Below are positions 35,513 through 47,200 of a stretch of DNA of 64,000 nt, piece after piece. How positions within the stretch are numbered: the stretch's first letter is position 1; each line of letters starts with the position of its first letter. The stretch lies in assembly GCA_032718475.1 (NCBI GenBank), contig JAUCBJ010007594.1, forward strand, positions 1 through 64,000, in the 5' to 3' direction. The position numbers were made by a program, and so were the translations under genes. This stretch comes from Nemertoderma westbladi (lineage: Eukaryota > Animalia > Xenacoelomorpha). The notes beneath the pieces were generated by a model, which was given only the letters and a program-made list of their open reading frames with translations, searched no databases and had not been told where the DNA came from.

Positions 35513-36168
35513 TATTGGAAGTATGGTTACATAATCATTGCTACTAGAGGGAATACAACAGAGTTTATTGCTAGTTGTGAGGAGATTTTGAGAGTTTTTA
35601 CGTCTGCCCTTTTGGCTCGACAACGCTCCAACCTCCTACCCATAGCCTAAGATCTAAGGTTTCTTTAATGACACTCTGTTTCTTATCTAAAATTTTGCCG
35701 AAATAAAAACGATTTTGGGCTAAACTGGCTGTGAGTCTAAAATACTCACCTTTTGATCCCAAACTATTATCAGAAAATAAGCAATCAAGAATTAGTAATA
35801 TAGGGAAGTCTATTGGTTGACGTAACTTATTGAAACAAGACCGTGTAAAATTTAATTTTAAGAAAGGCTCGCGAGTCTTCCGTTCTCTTGTTTCTCTAAT
35901 TTTAAGTCCCACCCGACTGTACCCTGAAATCCATTCACTGGAGAATAATTTTAAAATTTTTCAAATCCAACTGGATTGTCTAAAATTTTGAAAATGTCTC
36001 ATATTGTGAGTTCCAAGTAGAATTCCATTTCTTATACCTACAAATCCCGCTCCTATGTGACACATAAGGGTACTACCCTCAATGTTCACATATGTAAAGA
36101 CAATGGAATTCTACTGCTGTCTTTACTACAGTGTACAGGTATGTGGAAATCTATTTGTAAACTCCTTA

Positions 36169-36733
36169 TTATTTACAAAGATTAGTTGGAGATTTGTAAT
36201 CTCCAGACTCGTTACGAGTCTCTTCAAGAAGTACGAGACGTTGAGTTGGTCTGTCTACCGTACGACCGTCAATTGTCCGTACTGTAACGGTCCTTGTTAC
36301 TCCGTCCATAGATGGGTGTGTGTATAAAATAACACCTGTTATCCAGAAGCGTCTTTTTAAATTCACTTCTGCTAACAGTACGTGATCGCCTGGTTTTAGA
36401 GCACGGGTGTTATTGTACCAAGTAGTTCTGGCGGAAATAGAGGGCAAATAATGGTTTTGCCATATTTCCCAGAATTTGTTAGCCAGTAGTTGCGTGATTT
36501 TCCATGCTTTTCTACCGTAGCTATCGCTTTCTATTGGAATAGAAATAGGCGTCAATGTAGTCGGTGCCTGCATTAGCAGGTGTGCCGGTGTTAAAGCAAA
36601 CTGGGATTGTTTGTCATCGGGTAGTAATACTATTGGTCTAGTTTTTAGTATTGCCTCGATTTCAACAAACAATGTGGTCAGTTGATCGTCTGTCAAGATG
36701 TGGTGTACTGGAATGACTTTTGCCATGGCTATT
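36169..36733 (-). pseudogene. BEL/Pao integrase C-terminus of element A
   Basis: EIEAILKTRPI...LTPAHLL...FWEIWQNHYL...RPTQRLVLLE, closely similar to 62836-62082. Confidence 0.92.
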
Positions 36734-36737
36734 TTAA

Positions 36738-38294
36738 CCCTATTAGTACCGGGCTATAAAATGATGTACAAATACCGGGAGGGGGTCATATTGACCCCCC
36801 CCCCCCCTCTAAAATCTACAAATATTTACGAAAACGTCAGATTTTTTGTTTGTACGTAGGTATCACTTGTCTGGATCCGACCAAAAAAAAAAATTTTCGA
36901 AAAAATGTACTGGGGTGGTTATATTGCAGCACCAAAATTACAAGTAGTGCACAATTTTCACAAAATTTGAAAGTTACATTTTAGGCTAATTATTTTTCAA
37001 TACAGGTTTTCTGGGGTGCAAAATACATTGGAAAATATTTAAAAAATGATATGATTACTATAAATGGCTGTTTAGTCCTCTCTGCGTAAGAAAAAAATGA
37101 AAAAAACAAGTAACCAGCACTTTTCAGTTAGAACTCAAAATTTTTAATTCACTTAAACGATGCTATAAATTCACATTTTCAGGTTTTCGAGGGCGCTGAT
37201 TCTAATGGAATACATTTCTAATATGCCAGATCATTGCTACTTGTATTTTTCGGCGTAATTTGGCAAATTTTGGTGCTAGCACCAAATTTCGTACCCATCA
37301 CCAAAAAGTACATGTTTGCGAAGTCCAGTGCTGTTTTTATTGATTCCATCGGATTCAGGACCCTCATAAACCCGTATAACGCAAGAAACAAGGTGATACT
37401 ATCAACTTTTCAATTTGCATGTTTTCCAAAATTTGGTGCTGGCACAACAATTTTCACCCACCGGCGAAAAATACAAGTTTGAGAACTCTTATGAAATTTT
37501 TACTGATTCCATTGAATTCAGAACCATCACAAACCCGTATAACGCAAGAAACAAGGTGACACAATCAATTGATATATTTGATGGTTTTCAAAATTTGGTG
37601 CTAGCACCACATTTTGCACCCACATCCGAAAAATACAAGTTTGAGATGTCTAGTTCGATAATTATATTTTCCATTGAATTCAGAACAGCTATTAACCTCT
37701 AAAACGCAAGAAATAAATTGTCACAAGCAATTTTATCTATTGAATGGATTTTCAAAATTTCGTGCTAGCACCAAAATTTGCACACAGCACCGAAAAATAC
37801 AAGTTTGATACGCTTGGTGCAACTCGTATATATTTCATCGAATCCAGAACACCAAAAACCCCAATTGCGTAAAAATGAAGTTTCAAACAATCAATTTACA
37901 AAATTGACTTATTTCAAAATTTGGTGCTGGCACCAAAATTTGGCCCCATCGAAAAAAACAAGTTTGAAATTTCTAAATCAATTTATATGAATTCCATCCA
38001 ATTTCTAACACCAAAAAACCGGTGTAAATCAAAAATAGAGATGTTACAATTCATCTTTAATGAAATGTTATTTTCAAAAAACGTCTCAAAAAAAGTGCCA
38101 AAAGTAGGGTTAAAACAGGGTGCTAAAACTCGAAAAGTACCCAATATTTTTGAAAACGGTTTTCACTACTAGGAAGACAATAGATTTTAGGAAAAGTCAT
38201 AAAATTACAGATTCCCAACTGCGTTTGTTTCAGAATTATAATAAAAAAACCACGGGGGGGGGGGTCATATTGACCCCCCCCGGGTTTAATAGGG
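36738..38294. mobile_element. piggyBac-type MITE with both ends
   Basis: TTAA|CCCTATTAGTACCGGG ... CCCGGGTTTAATAGGG|TTAA, with subterminal GGGGTCATATTGACCCC palindromes and ~163-bp subrepeats. Confidence 0.9.
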
Positions 38295-39323
38295 TTAATG
38301 ATATTATTTCATACAATAAGCAGGACAAAATAATCTCCACTCCAGTTAAAGTTTAACGGTATATACTATATATCCATCCATCTTACTCATCGCTGTCGCT
38401 ATCAAGTATTATTAGTTGCATGGCCAATGGAATTTGGTCCTGGAAATGGCAGAGGTAAAGATAACGTTGATTTACCACGTCTGGGTTGATGGTTCTCTTC
38501 ACACGATAACAGCAAGGGTGGACCAATCAACTGATAGCTCCTGAAATGAGGTCGTCGATTACTCCGGATATCCTGGGTTTGAATTTCCTTCCCGAGTTGT
38601 TTTAATGAATAACCATTAGCTTTCATGTCCCGACATAATAATTTAGTAAGGAAATTTAGTAAGGAAGGTATAGAAGTTATTTTCAATCATATTATTACTA
38701 TGTATTATAATTTCAGCTCTATAATATTCACCACCACCATATTTTACTTCATATGTATTAACTTTGCCAATTAAATCCCGTTGAAAATTCCTAACTTCTC
38801 TCTCTAAGTCAACCGCCCATGCCATATTGCTTTGTCATGCCGACAATATACAATTGCGTGTGTAATATCCATATCAATTGTTTAGAACATTTAGAACATC
38901 TATTTGAGATATTGCTGTTTTAATCCGTGAATAATAATCGGGTATAATAATAATCGCATAATAATGCAGTGATAATACAGAAATACAGTAATAATAAAGA
39001 ATAGGGCCTAGTCTACATCAGATGTTATGATATAGGATGCCTTGGGCTGAATTTTGAATAATAGAGAAACTATTGAACCCCTAACCCTACAGTACCTGTA
39101 GGTATATTAAACAGCCTCTGCCTTTAAACATCCTCTGCCTATTGCTATAATAATAGGCTGATAATAGACCCCTAACAGCCTAAGGCAGGTATAGCGTATA
39201 GATAGGCAGCGTCACTGAACGTACAATTTATAGAATTTAAATTTCCCTCTACTACCAGAGAACTCAATATTCTCACTGGATTTTACACTTACCTTAGCAG
39301 CTCTCTACCACGCACCTTAACAA

Positions 39324-39421
39324 GCTACCACCGACCTTAGCACGCTACCACCGACCTTAGCACGCTACCACCGACCTTAGCACGCTACCACCGACCTTAG
39401 CACGCTACCACCGACCTTAGC
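39324..39421. repeat. 20-bp minisatellite within the array unit
   Basis: (GCTACCACCGACCTTAGCAC)n, five copies in unit 1. Confidence 0.95.
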
Positions 39422-41047
39422 TTTTACCACGCACCTTAGGCATTCCTACTCATGACAGCATGAGCCTGGCTTGGGGTGAAATAGACTGCTGGGAGGGGGG
39501 AAAAAAAATAAGAAAACCAGCAGGAAAACAAGGAAAAACAGAAAGGGGAAAAGAGGGAAAAGGGAAGAAAAAAAGAAAAAAATGTGAAAACATTAGACAT
39601 ATTGCTGAAATGATTCTTTTTATAAGTAGATAAAAAAAAGTATGGTTTTCATTTTTAAATAGGACATTATTTTAACTACTTCCATTGAAACCCCAGTCAA
39701 AAATGTTCATGCGTATCGCATGTGGGTCACGCATCTAATTCGCATGCGAATCGTATGGGAAAGTGTCGGGACCTTTAGAAGCGATACGCATGCGGATATC
39801 ATGCGAAGTACCCATGCGTATCGCACGTGTTTAGCATGCGATTCTCTTCAGTGTAGATAATGGCCATATATGACCAAATAAATTAACCCTATCTGGTCCG
39901 GTCTATTTTTCTACTCAATTGGCCCAGGGGGGGAGGGGCAGAGGGGGGTCATTTTAGACATTTGTTTATGTTTTGGCTCAAAAATTATAATTTCAATGGT
40001 TTAAAGGCTTTTGAGGTCGCTGTTTACGATAAAACTTGTTAAAAAAATATTCCGGCAATGCAACCATCATTAGTGCCATCTGGTGCTCCAGAATGAAAAG
40101 TACAAAGTAGCAAAAATTTCAAACTGTTAAATTTTGCCTTTGGTTTGATAAGTCTAAAGCTATACTGGTTTTCAAGGTCGCTGATCATGATACAACTCGT
40201 TATAATCATTCGTGGGAATATGAATGCAACTATGATCGTCGGTGCTTGTCTGCTCTGGGACGAAAAATACAAGTAGCATAAAATTTCAAACGACAAAAAT
40301 CGAATTTGTTCGGATAATATGATATTGAGTGGCATATATGTGATCTACAGTAGCATCCTAAAAAACACCTTATGTCATAAAATCAGGTTGATATTTGGTA
40401 ATGATTTTGGAATATCAAATTTGTGCTACTTGTATTTTTCGTGCTGCACATTGACACATATCCAAAAATGCCATAATTAACAAGGTACGATATTTTTCAG
40501 TGTCATATTCGTGATCATGGATCAGCATCCCGAAAAACTCAAGGTGAAAATCAATTTGATTTCGTGGTGATATTTAATTATCATATTTCATTATCATAAT
40601 TAAAAGACATTGTCGGACAATGTCAGAGAAAGTGAGTGGCAAACACTGTCGGACAATATAACACAGGTGGTTCGAGTAAATTACGGCGAATAAAGATACA
40701 AAAAAAACAAAGAAAGAAAAGATACAAGAAACGTTAAAGATAAATTCTTTGATGTAATAACTTCAACGATAAACTATTACTATACATAATGTAATTTTTC
40801 TAGAATAAAAAAAACATTTCCAGTAAACAGAAAACATTGCCGATAAAGTTTTTACATTTATCAAAAATTCAATTTCATAGATAAAAATAATGAATCTATA
40901 AACAATGCAGGAGTGGGAAATAATCTGCGCTATAATAACTTTTAAGAAACGAGAATAAAGACACAGATATAAAAAAGAACAATAATACCTCGTAATGGAC
41001 ATTGTAAGAACGTAGGCCATATTTTTTATAATTTATTTACTCCAACA

Positions 41048-41242
41048 TTAATAAGCGCCAAATTTATAACATGGAAACGTAGACATAATCGCCTCAACCA
41101 TTAAGCAATGGAATGTCAGTGATTTAGAATCCCTTCCCTCGGTGCCAGCGCCCCCACATAGCGCCGCCAACCCATTCATCCATTGGTTGAGATCGGTATC
41201 GTCCTTAGCAACGAACAACCACTCGGGCCGCCTTTTTAACAT
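41048..41242 (-). pseudogene. PH-domain C-terminal-like gene fragment, repeated at 43984, 46899 and 53691
   Basis: EWLFVAKDDTDLNQWMNGLAALC resembles the last beta strand and Trp-containing helix of PH domains. Confidence 0.5.
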
Positions 41243-44200
41243 TTAAAATGTATTTAACATATTAACAATCTTAATGATATTATTTCATACAATAAGCAGG
41301 ACAAAATAATCTCCACTCCAGTTAAAGTTTAACGGTATATACTATATATCCATCCATCTTACTCATCGCTGTCGCTATCAAGTATTATTAGTTGCATGGC
41401 CAATGGAATTTGGTCCTGGAAATGGCAGAGGTAAAGATAACGTTGATTTACCACGTCTGGGTTGATGGTTCTCTTCACACGATAACAGCAAGGGTGGACC
41501 AATCAACTGATAGCTCCTGAAATGAGGTCGTCGATTACTCCGGATATCCTGGGTTTGAATTTCCTTCCCGAGTTGTTTTAATGAATAACCATTAGCTTTC
41601 ATGTCCCGACATAATAATTTAGTAAGGAAATTTAGTAGGGAAGGTATAGAAGTTATTTTCAATCATATTATTACTATGTATTATAATTTCAGCTCTATAA
41701 TATTCACCACCACCATATTTTACTTCATATGTATTAACTTTGCCAATTAAATCCCGTTGAAAATTCCTAACTTCTCTCTCTAAGTCAACCGCCCATGCCA
41801 TATTGCTTTGTCATGCCGACAATATACAATTGCGTGTGTAATATCCATATCAATTGTTTAGAACATTTAGAACATCTATTTGAGATATTGCTGTTTTAAT
41901 CCGTGAATAATAATCGGGTATAATAATAATCGCATAATAATGCAGGGATAATACAGAAATACAGTAATAATAAAGAATAGGGCCTAGTCTACATCAGATG
42001 TTATGATATAGGATGCCTTGGGCTGAATTTTGAATAATAGAGAAACTATTGAACCCCTAACCCTACAGTACCTGTAGGTATATTAAACAGCCTCTGCCTT
42101 TAAACATCCTCTGCCTATTGCTATAATAATAGGCTGATAATAGACCCCTAACAGCCTAAGGCAGGTATAGCGTATAGATAGGCAGCGTCACTGAAAGTAC
42201 AATTTATAGAATTTAAATTTCCCTCTACTACCAGAGAACTCAATATTCTCACTGGATTTTACACTTACCTTAGCAGCTCCCTACCACGCACCTTAACAAG
42301 CTACCACCGACCTTAGCACGCTACCACCGACCTTAGCACGCTACCACCGACCTTAGCTTTTACCACGCACCTTAGGCATTCCTACTCATGACAGCATGAG
42401 CCTGGCTTGGGGTGAAATAGACTGCTGGGAGGGGGGAAAAAAAATAAGAAAACCAGCAGGAAAACAAGGAAAAACAGAAAGGGGAAAAGAGGGAAAAGGG
42501 AAGAAAAAAAGAAAAAAATGTGAAAACATTAGACATATTGCTGAAATGATTCTTTTTATAAGTAGATAAAAAAAAGTATGGTTTTCATTTTTAAATAGGA
42601 CATTATTTTAACTACTTCCATTGAAACCCCAGTCAAAAATGTTCATGCGTATCGCATGTGGGTCACGCATCTAATTCGCATGCGAATCGTATGGGAAAGT
42701 GTCGGGACCTTTAGAAGCGATACGCATGCGGATATCATGCGAAGTACCCATGCGTATCGCACGTGTTTAGCATGCGATTCTCTTCAGTGTAGATAATGGC
42801 CATATATGACCAAATAAATTAACCCTATCTGGTCCGGTCTATTTTTCTACTCAATTGGCCCAGGGGGGGAGGGGCAGAGGGGGGTCATTTTAGACATTTG
42901 TTTATGTTTTGGCTCAAAAATTATAATTTCAATGGTTTAAAGGCTTTTGAGGTCGCTGTTTACGATAAAACTTGTTAAAAAAATATTCCGGCAATGCAAC
43001 CATCATTAGTGCCATCTGGTGCTCCAGAATGAAAAGTACAAAGTAGCAAAAATTTCAAACTGTTAAATTTTGCCTTTGGTTTGATAAGTCTAAAGCTATA
43101 CTGGTTTTCAAGGTCGCTGATCATGATACAACTCGTTATAATCATTCGTGGGAATATGAATGCAACTATGATCGTCGGTGCTTGTCTGCTCTGGGACGAA
43201 AAATACAAGTAGCATAAAATTTCAAACGACAAAAATCGAATTTGTTCGGATAATATGATATTGAGTGGCATATATGTGATCTACAGTAGCATCCTAAAAA
43301 ACACCTTATGTCATAAAATCAGGTTGATATTTGGTAATGATTTTGGAATATCAAATTTGTGCTACTTGTATTTTTCGTGCTGCACATTGACACATATCCA
43401 AAAATGCCATAATTAACAAGGTACGATATTTTTCAGTGTCATATTCGTGATCATGGATCAGCATCCCGAAAAACTCAAGGTGAAAATCAATTTGATTTCG
43501 TGGTGATATTTAATTATCATATTTCATTATCATAATTAAAAGACATTGTCAGACAATGTCAGAGAAAGTGAGTGGCAAACACTGTCGGACAATATAACAC
43601 AGGTGGTTCGAGTAAATTACGGCGAATAAAGATACAAAAAAAACAAAGAAAGAAAAGATACAAGAAACGTTAAAGATATATTCTTTGATGTAATAACTTC
43701 AACGATAAACTATTACTATACATAATGTAATTTTTCTAGAATAAAAAAAACATTTCCAGTAAACAGAAAACATTGCCGATAAAGTTTTTACATTTATCAA
43801 AAATTCAATTTCATAGATAAAAATAATGAATCTATAAACAATGCAGGAGTGGGAAATAATCTGCGCTATAATAACTTTTAAGAAACGAGAATAAAGACAC
43901 AGATATAAAAAAGAACAATAATACCTCGTAATGGACATTGTAAGAACGTAGGCCATATTTTTTATAATTTATTTACTCCAACATTAATAAGCGCCAAATT
44001 TATAACATGGAAACGTAGACATAATCGCCTCAACCATTAAGCAATGGAATGTCAGTGATTTAGAATCCCTTCCCTCGGTGCCAGCGCCCCCACATAGCGC
44101 CGCCAACCCATTCATCCATTGGTTGAGATCGGTATCGTCCTTAGCAACGAACAACCACTCGGGCCGCCTTTTTAACATTTAAAATGTATTTAACATATTA

Positions 44201-47200
44201 ACAATCTTAATGATATTATTTCATACAATAAGCAGGACAAAATAATCTCCACTCCAGTTAAAGTTTAACGGTATATACTATATATCCATCCATCTTACTC
44301 ATCGCTGTCGCTATCAAGTATTATTAGTTGCATGGCCAATGGAATTTGGTCCTGGAAATGGCAGAGGTAAAGATAACGTTGATTTACCACGTCTGGGTTG
44401 ATGGTTCTCTTCACACGATAACAGCAAGGGTGGACCAATCAACTGATAGCTCCTGAAATGAGGTCGTCGATTACTCCGGATATCCTGGGTTTGAATTTCC
44501 TTCCCGAGTTGTTTTAATGAATAACCATTAGCTTTCATGTCCCGACATAATAATTTAGTAAGGAAATTTAGTAAGGAAGGTATAGAAGTTATTTTCAATC
44601 ATATTATTACTATGTATTATAATTTCAGCTCTATAATATTCACCACCACCATATTTTACTTCATATGTATTAACTTTGCCAATTAAATCCCGTTGAAAAT
44701 TCCTAACTTCTCTCTCTAAGTCAACCGCCCATGCCATATTGCTTTGTCATGCCGACAATATACAATTGCGTGTGTAATATCCATATCAATTGTTTAGAAC
44801 ATTTAGAACATCTATTTGAGATATTGCTGTTTTAATCCGTGAATAATAATCGGGTATAATAATAATCGCATAATAATGCAGTGATAATACAGAAATACAG
44901 TAATAATAAAGAATAGGGCCTAGTCTACATCAGATGTTATGATATAGGATGCCTTGGGCTGAATTTGAATAATAGAGAAAATATTGAACCCCTAACCCTA
45001 CAGTACCTGTAGGTATATTAAACAGCCTCTGCCTTTAAACATCCTCTGCCTATTGCTATAATAATAGGCTGATAATAGACCCCTAACAGCCTAAGGCAGG
45101 TATAGCGTATAGATAGGCAGCGTCACTGAAAGTACAATTTATAGAATTTAAATTTCCCTCTACTACCAGAGAACTCAATATTCTCACTGGATTTTACACT
45201 TACCTTAGCAGCTCCCTACCACGCACCTTAACAAGCTACCACCGACCTTAGCACGCTACCACCGACCTTAGCTTTTACCACGCACCTTAGGCATTCCTAC
45301 TCATGACAGCATGAGCCTGGCTTGGGGTGAAATAGACTGCTGGGAGGGGGGAAAAAAAATAAGAAAACCAGCAGGAAAACAAGGAAAAACAGAAAGGGGA
45401 AAAGAGGGAAAAGGGAAGAAAAAAAGAAAAAAATGTGAAAACATTAGACATATTGCTGAAATGATTTATTTTATAAGTAGATAAAAAAAAGTATGGTTTT
45501 CATTTTTAAATAGGACATTATTTTAACTACTTCCATTGAAACCCCAGTCAAAAATGTTCATGCGTATCGCATGTGGGTCACGCATCTAATTCACATGCGA
45601 ATCGTATGGGAAAGTGTCGGGACCTTTAGAAGCGATACGCATGCGGATATCATGCGAAGTACCCATGCGTATCGCACGTGTCTAGCATGCGATTCTCTTC
45701 AGTGTAGATAATGGCCATATATGACCAAATAAATTAACCCTATCTGGTCCGGTCTATTTTTCTACTCAATTGGCCCAGGGGGGGAGGGGCAGAGGGGGGT
45801 CATTTTAGACATTTGTTTATGTTTTGGCTCAAAAATTATAATTTCAATGGTTTAAAGGCTTTTGAGGTCGCTGTTTACGATAAAACTTGTTAAAAAAATA
45901 TTCCGGCAATGCAACCATCATTAGTGCCATCTGGTGCTCCAGAATGAAAAGTACAAAGTAGCAAAAATTTCAAACTGTTAAATTTTGCCTTTGGTTTGAT
46001 AAGTCTAAAGCTATACTGGTTTTCAAGGTCGCTGATCATGATACAACTCGTTATAATCATTCGTGGGAATATGAATGCAACTATGATCGTCGGTGCTTGT
46101 CTGCTCTGGGACGAAAAATACAAGTAGCATAAAATTTCAAACGACAAAAATCGAATTTGTTCGGATAATATGATATTGAGTGGCATATATGTGATCTACA
46201 GTAGCATCCTAAAAAACACCTTATGTCATAAAATCAGGTTGATATTTGGTAATGATTTTGGAATATCAAATTTGTGCTGCTTGTATTTTTCGTGCTGCAC
46301 ATTGACACATATCCAAAAATGCCATAATTAACAAGGTACGATATTTTTCAGTGTCATATTCGTGATCATGGATCAGCATCCCGAAAAACTCAAGGTGAAA
46401 ATCAATTTGATTTCGCGGTGATATTTAATTATCATATTTCATTATCATAATTAAAAGACATTGTCGGACAATGTCAGAGAAAGTGAGTGGCAAACACTGT
46501 CGGACAATATAACACAGGTGGTTCGAGTAAATTACGGCGAATAAAGATACAAAAAAAACAAAGAAAGAAAAGATACAAGAAACGTTAAAAATAAATTCTT
46601 TGATGTAATAACTTCAACGATAAACTATTACTATACATAATGTAATTTTTCTAGAATAAAAAAAACATTTCCAGTAAACAGAAAACATTGCCGATAAAGT
46701 TTTTACATTTATCAAAAATTCAATTTCATAGATAAAAATAATGAATCTATAAACAATGCAGGAGTGGGAAATAATCTGCGCTATAATAACTTTTAAGAAA
46801 CGAGAATAAAGACACAGATATAAAAAAGAACAATAATACCTCGTAATGGACATTGTAAGAACGTAGGCCATATTTTTTATAATTTATTTACTCCAACATT
46901 AATAAGCGCCAAATTTATAACATGGAAACGTAGACATAATCGCCTCAACCATTAAGCAATGGAATGTCAGTGATTTAGAATCCCTTCCCTCGGTGCCAGC
47001 GCCCCCACATAGCGCCGCCAACCCATTCATCCATTGGTTGAGATCGGTATCGTCCTTAGCAACGAACAACCACTCGGGCCGCCTTTTTAACATTTAAAAT
47101 GTATTTAACATATTAACAATCTTAATGATATTATTTCATACAATAAGCAGGACAAAATAATCTCCACTCCAGTTAAAGTTTAACGGTATATACTATATAT

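Noticed and set aside
39324-39421. Regular short repeats resembling a CRISPR array (also 9876-9992)
   Set aside because: They are head-to-tail with no unique spacers, and there are no cas genes. These are eukaryotic minisatellites.
40039-41020. Recurrent 98-aa and 85-aa ORFs in each array unit
   Set aside because: They are low-complexity frames over MITE and AT-rich DNA, and recur only because of the tandem duplication.
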